Assembly: GCF_036365525.1 (NCBI RefSeq)
Contig: NC_090371.1
Coordinates: 51,277,654-51,341,653 of the forward strand
Source: Heterodontus francisci
Lineage: Eukaryota
Length of the DNA: 64,000 nt
Direction: 5' to 3'
Of this stretch, positions 1-13,258 are shown in pieces; positions within the stretch are counted from its first letter, which is position 1, and each line of letters starts with the position of its first letter. The translations under genes and the position numbers were made by a program. Under the pieces are notes generated by a model, which made no database searches, was not told the origin of the DNA, and was given only the letters and a program-made list of their open reading frames with translations.

Positions 1-1128
1 CTACCATCAGCTGATGGGAACAGCTTTTCTTTATCTACTTTGCCTAAACTTGTCATAATCTTGTACACCTTTATTAGATTTCCCCTCAATCTCCTTTGCC
101 CCAGAGGGAAGAACTGTAGCTTCTCCAACCTAACCTTGCAGCTAAAATCCCACTTCCCTGGAGCCATACTGAGAAATTCCCTCTGCGCACTCTCAAGGAC
201 TCCAGTTATGGCCTAACCAGAGCTTTATAAAGGTTCAGCATAACTTCCCTGCTTTTGTACTCTATGCCTCTTTTTATGAGACCCAAGATCCTACATGCTT
301 TGTTAATTACTATCTCAATATGTTCTGCCACCTTTAAACATTTATGCACATGAGCATCCAGGTCCCTCTGTCCTTTGCACATTCTTTAGGACTGTCCCAT
401 TAAGTCTATATTGCCTCCGCTATCTCTGCCAAAAAAGCATCACTCCACACTTATCTATTAAATTCCATCTGTCACTTGTCTGCCTATTTTGTTAGAAACA
501 TAGAAAATTTAAGGCACAGAAGGAGGCCACTTGGCCCATCGTGTCTGTGCCGTCCAAAAAAGATCCACACATTCTAATCCCACCTTCCAGCATTTGGTCC
601 GTAGCCCTGCAGATTACGGCACTTGAGGTGCATGTCCAGACTCCTATCTATCTCTGTCCTGTTGTTTGTTATCATTCTCACTGGCTGCCACACTTCCAAG
701 TGTGGTGGTATTGGCAAAGTTTGAAATTTTACTCTGTTTTCCAAGATTCAAATCATATATATATCTCAAAGAAGCAGTGTTCCTAGTACTGACCCTTGGG
801 GAACACCACTGTCTACCATCCTCCAGTTTGAAAAACGACCGTACACCACGACTTGCTGTTTTCTGTCCTTAAGCCAATTTTTTTTTTTATCCAATCTGAC
901 ACTGACCCTCCTATTTCATGAGCCTCAATTTTGTTAACCAGCCTTGTATGTGGTACTTTACCAAGCACTTTCTTAAAATCCATATCGACAACATCTATTG
1001 CATTTCCTTCATCAACCTTCGCCGCTACTTTATCCAAAAGTTTAATTAGATTAGTCAAGTGCAATCTGCCTTTGATAAATCCATACTGGCTCTCCTTAAT
1101 TAACTCCACCCTCTTCAAATGCCTGTTG
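1..1128 (-). mobile_element. CR1 (HER1-like) LINE ORF2 fragment with a nested CR1 3' tail at ~495-643
   Basis: Minus ORF 813-1118 reads ESQYGFIKGR..LTNL..VDVVxMDFKK..KVPH.RLVNKIEAH (CR1 RT). Confidence 0.85.
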
Positions 1129-1436
1129 GGAGAGGGAGACTAATTAAATTGTTCTTGCAGATAGCTGGACTCGGGGTGAATGTCTTCCTTTTGTGGTGTA
1201 ACCATTCTATGATTCATTAATAGGCTTTAATGACCTCCTCCTGCTCCTATTGAGTTTTTGAGTTGTATGGCCGGGTATCTTCTTGTGTAATTTTCCCTTT
1301 ATGTGCCATCATTAGAGACTCTTCTACAAAGTGAAATTTATGTCTAGTCCATTTTCAGCGCTGCATATTTCAGCAGTTCTTCAAGAATCCTCAACCTACC
1401 CTCAGTAAGATAGCATTCATCACAATTAAGTATAAA

Positions 1437-3219
1437 CTCTCTTCTCTTTGGCCTCCTTGTCTCGGGATACAATGGGTAAGCGCCTGGAGGTGGTCAGTGG
1501 TTTGTGAAGCAGCGCCGGGAGTGGCTATAAAGGCCAATTCTAGAGCGACAGACTCTTCCACAGGTGCTGCAGATAAAATTGGTTGTCGGTGCTATTACAC
1601 AGTTGGCTCTCCCATTGCGCTTCTGTCTTTTTTCCTGCCAACTGCTAAGTCTCTTCAACTCGCCACACTTTAGCCCCGCCTTTATGGTTGCCCGCCAGCT
1701 CTGGCGATCGCTGGCAGCTGACTCCCACGAATTGTGATCAATGTCACAAGACTTCATGTCGCGTTTGCAGATGTCTTTAAAGCGGAAACAAGGACGGCCG
1801 GTGGGTCTGATACAAGTGACGAGCTCGCTGTACAATGTGTCCTTGGGGATCCTGTCATCTTCCATGTGGCTCACATGGCCAACCCATCTCAGGCGCCGCT
1901 GGCTTAGTAGGGTGTATATGCTGGGGATGTTGGCTGCCTCGAGGACTTCTGTGTTGGAGATACGGTCCTGCCACCTGATGCCAAGGATTCTCCGGAGGCA
2001 GCGAAGATGGAATGAATTGAGACGTCGCTCTTGGCTGACGTACGTTGTCCAGGCCTCGCTGCCGTAGAGCAAGGTACTGAGGACACAGGCTTGATACATT
2101 GGACATTTGTGTTCCGTGTCAGTGCGCCATTTTCCCACACTCTCTTGGCCAGTCTGGACATAGCAGAGGAAGACTTTCCCATACGCTTGTTGATTTCTGC
2201 ATCGAGAGACAGGTTATTGGTGATAGTTGAGCCTAGGTAAGTGAACTCTTGAACTACTTCCAGAGTGTGGTCACCGATATTTATGGATGGGGCATTTCTG
2301 ATGTCCTGTTCCACGATGTTCGTTTTCTTGAGGCTGATGGTTAGGCCAAATTCGGTGCAGGCAGCCGCAATCCTGTCAAGGAGTCTCTGCAGACACTCTT
2401 CGGTGTGAGATGTTAATGCAGCATCGTCAGCAAAGAGGAGTTCCCTGATGAGGACTTCCCGTACTTTGTCTTCGCTCTTAGATGGGCAAGGTTGAACAAC
2501 CTGCCACCTGATCTTGTGTGGAGGAAAATTCCTTCTTCTGAAGACTTGCACGCATGTGAGAGCAGCAGGGAGAAGAAGATCCCAAACAGTGTAGGTGCGA
2601 GAACACAGCCCTGTTTCACGCCACTCAGGATAGGAAATGGGACTGATGAGGTGCCGCTATGCTGAATTGTGCCTTGAGATTGTCATGGAATGAGTTGATG
2701 ATACTTAGTAGCTTTGGTGGACATCCGATCTTTGCTAGTAGTCTGAAGAGACCACATCTGCTGACGAGGTCAAAGTCTTTGGTGAGATCAATGAAAGCAA
2801 CGTAGAGGGGCATCTGAAACAAAAACAAGAAATGCTGGATTCACTCAGCAGGTCTGGCAGCATCTGTGGAACGAGAAGCAGAGTTAACGTTTCGGGTCAG
2901 TGACCCTTCTTCGTAGAGGGGCATCTGTTGTTCTCTGTATTTCTCCTGTATCTGACGAAGGGAGAACAGCATGTCAATGGTCGATCTCTCTGCTCGAAAG
3001 CCACACTGTGCCTCGTGGTAGACACGCTCAGCCAGCTTCTGGAGCCTGTTTAAAGCGGCTTGAGCGAAGACTTTCCCCACTATGCTGAGCAGGGAGATTC
3101 CACGGTAGTTGTTGCAGTCACCGCGGTCACCCTTGTTCTTATAGAGGGTAATGATATTGGCATCGCGCATGTCCTGTGGTACTGCTCCCTCGTCCCAGCA
3201 CAGGCAAAGCAGTTTGTAC
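1437..3219 (-). mobile_element. RTE-clade LINE, 5'-truncated
   Basis: RT motifs (KQGCVLAPTLF, LLFADD) and C-terminal CSTCGRVCRSRIGLYSH. Homologous to 50607-53966. TSD agtataaact at 1429-1438 and 3220-3229. Confidence 0.92.
2817..2911 (-). mobile_element. Short Penelope-terminus-like insertion inside the RTE
   Basis: 16-bp TSD cgtagaggggcatctg at 2801-2816 and 2912-2927. Near-identical to 45624-45718. Confidence 0.75.
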
Positions 3220-3627
3220 AGTATAAACTGCTCCACACTAACCCCAATGAGCAATCTTTTATGACAGTCCCCCATTGAGAGGATATCCAGGAGCACTGCG
3301 TCAAGGTACTGTGCCCCACTCTAACCACCCCTCTTCCCGCCCCCCCCCCCCCCCCCCCAAAAAAAAATAACCTCGAGCCAGTTTTCCTGTACAGAAACCT
3401 CATAACCAGTAAATACAAATAAGATTTGGTGAAGTGACTACCACCTTGTGGAGATCTTCATTTCAGCTATATAGTAAGAGGATGTTGCAGGGTGTAGGTC
3501 TTGCATTAAAGAGGAAAAAGACTAAGAGCAAGTGCCTTTGGTTAGCATCTGCTTTGAGTTGTATTGATCCTTTTTTAAAATAAATTTTGCAAAGAACCAC
3601 GAGAAGTCAAGCAAGCTTATTTCTTCT

Positions 3628-3858
3628 GCCAGTTCTGATGAAGAGTCACTGACCTGAAATGTTAACTCTGTTTTAGTTTTAGAGATACAGCACTGAAACA
3701 GGCTCTTTGGCCCACCGAGTCTGTGCCGACCATCAACCACCCATCTATACAAATCCGACACTAATTCCACATTCCTATCACATTCCTATCCTATCTGCTT
3801 CTCTCTCCACAGATGCTGCCAGACTTGCTGAGTATTTCCAGCATTTCTTGTTTTTATT
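3628..3858 (+). mobile_element. Penelope-terminus-like fragment with a minimal hammerhead motif, interrupted by an antisense HE1 SINE 3' fragment (~3677-3790)
   Basis: agtt-CTGATGA-agagtc act gacct-GAAA-tgtt-aact. The inserted piece is the reverse complement of the 3' half of 23571-23908. Confidence 0.7.
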
Positions 3859-4476
3859 TAAGCTTATTTCTTACAAAAATCAAGTGTAGTCTGTTCGAGA
3901 ATAGATTCTACTCATTTTCAACTGATACACAAAACAAATCAAACAGAAGTCCAGTATACATCTCCCCTTTTACTACCACCTTTGACATAAAATTTTAAAT
4001 GATTCGACCTGATCCAGGAATTGCATTGCAGTTGCTTATCCTAATATTTACTGATCCTTTTAATTCTTAATCTCTTGACTGAACAGATATTTGTTGAGCT
4101 GTGTTTTTAAATAGTTATTTTTCTTCCAATTTTGGCCCCTTCCTGTCATGCTTGTTCAGTGGCCATTCTTCATACCTTGCTGAGGCAGTGAGTGTAGACA
4201 AATCATAGTTGAAACTCCTCCATACCCAGCATCCACACAGAGGAGCTTTGCAGCACTTTGTTGGAAAACACTGAAGCCAATTTTACTGCTATTGTTGATG
4301 AGATGTGCCAATTCTGCATGAACCAGGGATTGAACCAGATGTCTTCACATAATGGTATTTTGCAGCTGAATACTGATTTTTTTGATGTACTTTTAGATGC
4401 TTTTGACAACTTTTGACATTTGTCTGACATATAATCTATTTGCCTATAAATTTGTTGAACTGGCTTTTTTTTTTAA

Positions 4477-4599
<123 letters not shown>

Positions 4600-5639
4600 T
4601 GAATGTGTATGATCCTGCCTGCCAACTGAAAGAATTGCTTAAAATAACTGGAAACTCGCAAACTGCAGGGTACAAGAAGCTAGTGTACCTAATGCCATAG
4701 TCAACTACACAAGTGACAAAGGCTAGACAACTATGCATAAGTAAAAAAAAAAAATATGGCAAGAGAAGCTTTTTATTTGTATGGAGTATGGGATTTGGTT
4801 CAGCTTCATTTGGTGCAATGCAATGTGTTTAAAATAGTAGTTACACACTTGAAGGCCCGTCATGTCAAACTAATTGAGAACTGAAGAGAGGCTTTTGGAC
4901 TGGCACAACTGGTTCTGCCCAAGATATGTTAAAGCCCCTTGGAATTGAGCAAGCAAAGATGAAGATCTTAAAAGAAAATGACCAGGATTCTAGAGGGTAG
5001 TGGTTTTACTGGGGACAAGGGTATCAAAAGCAGAGGTGAGGGTGTGATAGCTGTAAAAGTATTCTGGTGAGGGGAGGACCGAAAGCTATATTGGTGGGAG
5101 TTTGCGCAGATATAAGTGACTTGGAGTTTTTCTAATGATGAATGCAGTAGGGAGAAGGTTGGACGCAGGGCAGAAGATGTAAGTGGCGAGGGGCATAAGG
5201 AAGTGACTAAAGATGGTTTTGTCTGTAATCAAGACAATGAGTAGAGGTGCCATGTGAGATGATGAGATTGAGGGGGTGGCCATGAATATGAAGGGAGCGA
5301 TTAAGGGAGGACAGGAAAGCAGTGGAATCAGGAAAGAGGGCAAGGTGAGTTGAGATGTAGACGAGGAGCTGCTTCACGTAGAAATTACGTGTGAGGATAT
5401 CTCAAACTCGAGGTGGGGCTGGGGGAAAGGGCAGTAAAGAACAAGGTGAGGTTCTCAAAGGAAGTGATGTTCAAAGAGCATGGGGGAGAGACTCGTCTGT
5501 GATTTTGATGGTGAGGGCCACACCACAATCACAACTTAAGTGGGGAGAGTGGTGGAAAGTATAGCCAGGGAGTGAAGCTTAAGTAAAGGGTAAGGTTGCA
5601 CCACCTGTAAGCCAGGTATCTCTCAAAGCAGTGTTCATT

Positions 5640-6450
5640 ACAAAACAACTTCTATTTATATAGAGCCTTTAGTATAATAAAATATCCCACGGTACTTTAC
5701 AAATACTATCGAACAAAATTTGATAAGGAGGTACTAGGCGAGATAATCAAAAGCTTGGTCAAAGAAGTTGGTTTTAAGGAGTGTCTTAAGGAGGAAGGAC
5801 AGGCAGAGATTTTTTGTGGGAGTGAATTTGAGCTTGGAACCTTAGATAAAGGCATGGCTGCCAATCGTGAAGCAGTTAAAATTGAGCAGCTCAAGAGGCC
5901 AGGATTGATGGAGCTCATAGATCTGGGGGTGGGGAGGGGCATAAGGCTGGAGAAGATTAGAGATAGGAACGGGGCGAGGCCAAGGAGGGATTTGAAAACA
6001 AGGTTGAGATTTTTAAAATTGAGGCTTAACTGGGAGCCAGTGTAAGTGGGCGAGCACAAGGCAAATGGGTGAGTGGGACTTGGTGCTAGTTAGAACATGG
6101 GCAGCAGAGTTTTGAATTTCCTTCGGTTTGCAGAGGGTAGAACTAGGTATGTCCAGGAGTGCATTGGAATGGTCAAATCTAGATGGTACAAAGGCATGGA
6201 TGAGGGTTTCAGCAGCAGATAAGCAGAGGCAAGTGTGGAGTCGGGTGATATTGAAGTGGAAATAGGCAGTCGTAGTGATGTTGTGGTTCTGTGATAGGAG
6301 CTCACCTTGGGGTCAAATATGACCCCAAGGTTCTGAATAGTTTGTTTCAGCGTCAGACAGTTGCCAGGGAGTTGGTGGTAAGGGAATAGAGTTTGTGAGG
6401 CTTCGGTCTTTCCAATATTGAGTTGGAGGAAATTTCTGCTTATGCCATTT
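5640..6450 (-). mobile_element. L2-clade LINE 3' portion (a degenerate endonuclease-region piece probably lies at ~4990-5560)
   Basis: Minus-strand peptide FLQLNIGKTE...QNLGVIFD and an L2-type ...ctctatataaatagaagttg tail. Confidence 0.65.
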
Positions 6451-6451
6451 T

Positions 6452-7648
6452 TTTTTATTTGTTCGGGGAATGTGGGCATCACTGGCTAGGCCAGCATTTA
6501 TTGCCATCCTTAACTGCCCTTGAGAAGGTGGTGGGTGAGCTGCCTTCTGGAACCGCTGCAGTCCTTGGGATGTAGGTACACCCACAGTTCTGTTAGGAAG
6601 GAGTTCCAGACCTTTGGCCCAGTGACAGAGAAGGAACGGTGATATAGTTCCAAGTCAGGATAGTGTGTGGCTTGGAGGGGAACCTGCAGGTTGTGGTGTT
6701 CCCATGCATCTGCTGCCCTTGTCCTGAGGGTTAAAGTCATGGGTTTGGAAGGTGCTGTTGAAGGAGCCTTGGTGAGTTGCTGCAGTGCAGCTTGTAGATG
6801 TGGTACACACTGCTGCCACTCTGTGTTGATGATGAAGGGAGTGAATGTTGAAGGTGGTGGATGGGGTGCCAATCAAGCGGGCTGCTTTGTCTTGGGTGGT
6901 GTCGAGCTTCTTGAGTATCTTTAGAGCTGCATCCATCAGGCAAGTAGAGAGTATTCCATCACACTGCTGACTTGTGCCTTGTAAATGGTGGACAGGCATT
7001 GGGGAGACAGGAGGTGAGTTATTTGCCACCGAATTCCCAGCCTCTGACCTGCTGTTGTATCTTTGTGGCTGGTGCAGTTCAGTTTCTGGTTAGTGGTAAC
7101 CCCCAGGATTTTGGGTGGGGGGGATTCAGCGATGGTAATGTCATTGAACATCAAGGGGAGATGGTTAGATTCTCTATCTTGTTTGAGATCGTCATTACCT
7201 GGTGCAAATGTTAAGAGTCGCTTTTTAGCCCAAACCTGGAGACTGTCCAGATCTTGTTGCATCTGGACATGGGCTGCTTCAGTATCTGAGGAGTCGTGAA
7301 TGGTGCTGAACATTGTATAATCATCAGAGAACATCCCCACTTCTGACATGATGAAGGGAACGTCATTGATGAAGTAGCTGAAGACGGTTGGGCCGAGGAC
7401 ACTCTCCTGAGGATCTCCTGCAGTGATGTCCTGGGACTGAGATGATTGATTTCCAACAGCTGCAGCCATATTTCTTTGTGCTAGGTATGACTTCAACCAG
7501 CGGAGAGACTTCCAGCTGACTCCCATTGACTCCAGTTTTGCTGGGGCTCCTTGATGTCAAGGGCAGTCACTCTCACCTGACCTCCTGGAGTTCAGCTATT
7601 TTTGTCTGTGTTTGGCTGTAATGAGGTCAGGAGCTAAGTGGCCCTGGT
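6452..7648 (-). mobile_element. Second CR1-type LINE family (tail ...gcaataaatgctggcctagccagtgatgcccacattccc), 3' fragment
   Basis: QSSQSQDITAG.PQ.SVLGPT.F..FIND and MF.DD.T RT motifs on the minus strand. Confidence 0.85.
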
Positions 7649-7649
7649 G

Positions 7650-8838
7650 GAGAAATGTGAGGTTATTCACTTTGGTAGGAAAAACAGAAATATAGAATAT
7701 TTCTTAAATGGTGAGAGGCTGGGAAGTTTTGAACTTCAGAGGAACTTGGTTGTCCTTGTTCATGAGTCACTGAAAGCAAACCTGTAGGTACAGTAAGTAA
7801 TTAAGAAGGCAAATGGTATGTTGACCTTTATTCCAAGAGGATTTGAGTATAGGAGTAAAATGTCTTCCTGCAATTATATAGAGCCTTGGTGAGACCGCAC
7901 CTGGAGTACTGTGTGCAGTTTTGGTCTCCTTACCTCAGGAAAGATACTTGCTATAGAGGGAGTGCAATGAAGGTTCACCAGTCTAATTCCTGGGATGGCG
8001 TGGTTGCCTTATGAGGAAAAATTAAATAGACTGGGCCTTTATTCTCTAGAGTTTAGACATAGAGGTGATCTCATTCAAACATACAAAATTCTTATAGGAC
8101 TCAACAGGATGGATGCAGGAAGGATGTTTCCCCTAGTTTGGGAGTCTAGAAACAGGAGCAGGAGACACAGTCTCAGAATAAGGGGCAGGCAATTTAGGAC
8201 TGAGATGAGGAGGAATTTCTTCACTCAGGCTGGTGAATCTTTGGAATTCTCTGCCCCAGAGGGCTGTGGAGGCTCAGTTGTTGGGTATGTTCAAGACTGA
8301 GATCGATAGTTTTCTACATACTAAAAACATCAAGCTATGCTGGGATAGTGCAGGAAAATGGTGTTGAAGTGGAAGATCAGCAATGATCTCTTTTTTTTTA
8401 TTCATTCATGGGATGTGGGCGTCGCAGGCCAGGCCAGCATTTATCGCCCATCCCTAATTGCCCTTGAACTGAGTGGCTTGCTAGGCCATTTCGAGGGCAT
8501 GCAAGAGTCAACCACATTGCTGTGGATCTGGAGTCACATGTCGGCCAGACCAGGTAAGGATAGCAGATTTCCTTCCCTAAAGGACATTAGTGAACCAGAT
8601 GGGTTTTTACAACAATCGACAATGGTTTCATGGCCATCATTAGACTAGCTTTAAACTCCAGATTTTATTAATTGAAATTCAAATTCCACCTTCTGCTGTG
8701 GTGGGATTAGAACCTATGTCCCCAGAGCAATACCTGGGTCTCTGGGTTACTAGTCCAGTGACAATACCTATTGTATTAAATTGTAGACCTATTTGAAGGG
8801 CTGAATGACATACTCTTGCTGCTATTTCTTATGTTCTT
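7650..8838 (+). mobile_element. CR1 (HER1-like) 3' fragment, interrupted by a SINE at 8391-8770
   Basis: [15 protein letters not shown] and [19 protein letters not shown] peptides; ends in a ttcttatg tail. Confidence 0.85.
8391..8770 (-). mobile_element. tRNA-derived DeuSINE (SacSINE1-like)
   Basis: Minus-strand head with box A/B-like motifs (ggtattgtcactgg...ggttctaatccc). 3' tail shared with the second CR1-type family. A degenerate copy lies at ~39165-39535. Confidence 0.75.
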
Positions 8839-9432
8839 ATACGGCCATTTCACATCTCCTTTGTTTCAGAAGAAGAAATTCAATTCTGGAATGTTTTAGC
8901 ATTGGTGTAGGATGGGTTCCATTGACACCGGTTAGCTTTGAAGGTTTGTCCTTTGTCTTTGTCAGACAGTTTGAATACACAGAAGGCAAATCCCTTTTTT
9001 TTTTGGTGGCCATTTTGGAGCAATGTTCACTTTTTTAAAATAAAGGTGTATTGTTTAAAGACAAAGTCCATTTTCAAAACTCTCCATCGCACTTCCAGTG
9101 TATGTGACTGTAGTGATGGCAGATTTCAAGCCAAGTATCTGAGGAGAGAGCACAGTTTAGTGGGAATAGAGCCTAGAGAGCAAGAGGTGGGTCTCATTGA
9201 CAAGAAAAGCTGGGAGTGGGAAACTAGAGAACAATGCAAAGTCAATGTTTGGGCAGAGGGGAACGTTTCGAGGAAGTTTGTCTTGGAAAGCAGGAAGCAG
9301 CAGAGGCTTGCAAAGAAAGGACAGTCTGGATGGAAAGACAGACGGGTGGTGATGGTTAATCCGCTGGCAGAGTCCAAAGAGACCGCAGTTAGTGGGGTGA
9401 CTGGAACGGGTAGAAAGTAATATGAGTGATGA

Positions 9433-9567
9433 TAATAAAAGCAAAATACTGCAGATGCTGGAAATCTGAAACAAAAACAAAGTGCTGGAAATACTCAGCA
9501 GGTCTGACAGGATGTGTGGAGAGAGAAGCAAAGTTAACGTTTCCGGTCTGTGACCTTCCATCAGAAC
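9433..9567 (-). mobile_element. Penelope-terminus-like fragment with a hammerhead-like motif
   Basis: Minus strand reads gtt-CTGATGG-aaggtc aca gacc-gGAAAC-gtt-aac. Confidence 0.7.
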
Positions 9568-9594
9568 CCCCCCCTGATGTCACCTTGGCCATTC

Positions 9595-10310
9595 CAGAAT
9601 AGAATCATAAAATCATAGAATAGTTAGAGCACAGAATGTCATTCGGCTCTTCGAGCCTGTGCCGGTCCTCTTCGGGCAATTTAATTAGTCCCACTCAATG
9701 CCCTTTTCCTGTAGCCTTACAAGTTCTGACTCTTCAGGTGCTTACCTAATTCCCTTTTCAAAGCCTCAATTGAATCTGCCTTCACCTCCCGTTCAGGCGG
9801 TGCATTCCAGATCCTAACCACTTGCTGTATTTTTTTTTTAAAGTTTCTCCTCGTGTCTCTTTTGAGTCTTCTGCCAATCACTTCAAATCTGTGTCCTTTG
9901 CTTCTTTACCCTTCTGCCAATGGGAACAGTTTTTCTCTATCTCACTCTGTATCGACTGTGTCCAAATTCCTCTTGATTTTGAACACCTCTATTAAATCTC
10001 CTCTCAACCCTCTCCTCTGCAGAAAACAACCCAGCTTCTCCAATCTATCCACATCACTGATGTCCCTCATCCCTGGAAGCATTTTTGTAAATCCTTTCTG
10101 CACTCTCTCTAAAGCCTTCACAACCTTTTTAAAGTGTGGTGTCCAGAATTGGACACAATATTCCAGTTGAAGCTGATCCAGTGTTTTTTAAAGGTTCATC
10201 ATAACTTCTTTTATTTTTATTCTCTATGCCTTTATTTATAAAGCCCAGCATTCCGTATGCCTTTTTAACCACTTTCTCAACTGGCCACTTTCAACAATTT
10301 GTCCACGTAT
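9595..10310 (-). mobile_element. CR1 (HER1-like) 3' fragment
   Basis: (atagaatc)n tail and the reverse complement of QLEYCVQFW-coding sequence. Confidence 0.8.
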
Positions 10311-11185
10311 ATATATTTGGAACTAAAGGAGTTGTCCACATTGAAATAACCTGTACCTTGCTGCCTCCCTAATTTAATATTTAAGATGCAAAAGCAATAC
10401 TGGACCCAGAGAAAAGAATAAAGTTGTACTACCTTAACAAACTGAGCAATCAGGACAAAAAATTTTGAATATTAGAAATCAGAGATAGAAACAGTGGGTG
10501 TTGGAAATGTGAAGCACATTATTAACTTGCGAAGGACAAAGATGGGTTAGTGTTTCAAATGTAACCCTTTGCATCAGACCTTTTAATCCTGGCATTAATG
10601 TCACTAGACTGAAATCATTCCAGTTTGCCACTGTCATTCTATTTTTAATTTAAATCCTTTTTCTTGGGCTCTTAAAATGATTGCATCACTAATGCATTAT
10701 GATTTGGTTGTAGCTGTTATAGTGGCTTCCAGTTAACGAGTGTAAAATATCAAGCAAATTTCAATCTGCTAAGACAAATTTAAAGCAAAATAAAAATATT
10801 AAAACCTTGCCCAGAAATGCTTACCCTGATGTTCCATAGAAAATGAGGAATCCGCAACTCCATTAACTTTTCCTGTCTGCAGTAGTTCTAATTTTTTTAA
10901 AAACCTATTTTGTGCAGGTAAAGAAGTTATAAAACGTTGGTGTTTCCCAATGCCAGAGAAGTCATCTTTTTAAAAGAAAAACTATCAAATTTGAATCTTG
11001 CGCAATTTTTTGTATTTTGGTTTAACTATTCCTATAATTAAGCACCTTGAAACAAAATAAATCCATTTGATTTATATTTTAAAGTAAACAGCACTTCCAG
11101 TACTCTTTACCTGATTTTAAAACTACTGTTGTTTTGCTTTATGTAATCATTGTTTGCCACCTAGTGTTGTTTTTGTATTATACAG

Positions 11186-11283
11186 GCACGGCATCAGTAG
11201 CACTGGCAGGACTGTTGTCAGCCCAGAGAGTGATTAACAAACCAATCACAGAGAACAGATATCTGTTCCTTGGAGCAGGGGAG
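11186..11283 (+). CDS. ME2: ME2 coding exon (98 bp): (G)[32 protein letters not shown]
   Basis: tacag| acceptor, |gtgaga donor, phase matches the previous exon. GAGE begins the dinucleotide-binding GAGEAA motif. Confidence 0.96.
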
Positions 11284-12756
11284 GTGAGACATTTTTTTTT
11301 TTCCCCTTCAACGCCACCCACAAAACTAGCAGCAATAAGTTTAATTATGTGGGTGGGTTTGAGGATGCTGAGCTGGTAACAAAAAAATTTGGTGGACAAG
11401 CCTTAAGGCTACTGTGCAGAGATCACCACTCTGCAGCCAAGATGTATTTTCGGGCAGAGGATGAATTTGAGATGCCCTCATTAATTATCTGGCATAATTT
11501 CAGCAGCCAGATTGTGTAGAAGCTATTCAAGGCATATTCAGCAATACAATACCATTTGTTAACTATAGGATTTTGTCTTGCTACAGTGTTTGGTTCAGTT
11601 TTAAGTATTGTTTCTGTTATATTTGCTGCTAGTTCTAGTTTTGTATTTATTTTCCATCTCTTTATTTCATCTGTGGCATGTTGCCAGGTGCAACTTTTAA
11701 ACTTGTCGTCATAATTGTGAAGGTGGACATACTTCTGAGTATCCTTGTTCGGAGGAGGATCTCACTGCATAAGAGAGAAAAGGGCAACTAACTGCATCCT
11801 CCTTTAGCCAACCACCTTTTCTAAAGACTACCATAGGTGTACATATTCATTTTAATAGAGAGGCAAAAATAGGATTATGCCATCTTTTCGAGCCAGGCAT
11901 TCAAGCATGTACTGAATTCTGTTAAGCAACAGGAATACTTGGCAAATTTCATAAGCATCAGTACACTGATGCAAACATCAGGTGTCCAATACCTTGCTTC
12001 CCATCACTGTTTCTTTCATTGCTTCCCTGCAGAAATCAACCAGCAGCAGAGGAGCCCCTGCACTTTTTCCATGTTGTGGGTTTCTGTAAAAAGCAGGGAA
12101 TGATCAGTGGTTCAGAAGCTCCTACCCCTAATACCACAACTTTCATGAACTGAAAGCGGTGTAATCTAATAATGTACAGCTACTATGTGAACATGGGCAC
12201 CGAATTTATCTATATGAATGCATGTCATCCTGATGGTACTCAAAATATCTTCATTTTATGACCATCTGTGGTTTCCAAATCAATATTTTAAGGGTTAGGA
12301 AAATTTGACAGGTGGATCTTTGTTAGCTAAGCATCTGCTTTCAGTCCTAGCTCATGAGGCGTTGAGATAACTGTGAGCGAAACCAAATAGCAGATACCAG
12401 GATTATTGTTTTAACATTCTGAACACTTGGGTTCAGACAGATCAGAGAGGGGAGAGGTTACAGTATAGCTGTACTAAAATCTCAAAGATCATGATAGCGT
12501 ATTGTCCACTGCACAACTACACTATACATAGTGACATGCTGTGGAGGAAATAATCGAGGGAGGACACAGAGGCCCAGTCAGAAGATATGCCTACTAAAAT
12601 TCAGTTGCCGATGGAACAATTCTAAGATGGGCTTTAATCAACACAAGCTTCTCAGGTGCATGTTTTGTCCAACGTAAAATCATTATTTATTTAATTCTTT
12701 CTTGGGATGTGAGTGTTGCTGACAAGGCCAGCATTTATCATCCACATAGTTAAGTG

Positions 12757-12911
12757 GATGCTGGAAATCTGAATTTAAAAACACAAAATGCTGGAAATGC
12801 TCAGCAGGTTTGGCAGCATCTGTGGAGAGAGAAACAGAGTTAACGTTTCAGGTCGATGACCTTTTGTCAATGTTGAGTTCTGACAATAGGTCATCAACCT
12901 GAAATGTTAAA
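12757..12911. mobile_element. Inverted pair of Penelope-terminus-like fragments
   Basis: ttaacgtttcaggtcgatgaccttttgtca...tgacaataggtcatcaacctgaaatgttaa forms an inverted repeat. Confidence 0.65.
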
Positions 12912-13144
12912 TTGGGCTTCTCTGAATATTGGCTCAGGTTTAATAGGGAAGCTGCATATATTTGTTACTATCACTTTCAAGTTTTTTTTCCCAAATGCTT
13001 GCGAAAACTTAGCATATACTTAAGTGACTTCAGAAACAAAAATGTTGTTTTCTGTTGGAGAATAAAAGACATTCTGGCCCAATTTGACCATTATGTTTGT
13101 GCTGCTCTTTACATGGTTTCTGTTCTGTTACTACTTTTGTACAG

Positions 13145-13258
13145 GCAGCATTGGGCATTGCTGATCTGATTGTGATGGCCATGAAAAGTGTTGGAATGCC
13201 TGAAGAGGAAGCACAGAGGAAGATATGGATGTTTGACAAGTATGGCTTGCTTTGTGAG
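13145..13258 (+). CDS. ME2: ME2 coding exon (114 bp): [38 protein letters not shown]
   Basis: tacag| acceptor, |gtgagc donor. FDKYG is the NAD-type ME2 signature (ME1/ME3 have DSKG). Confidence 0.96.
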
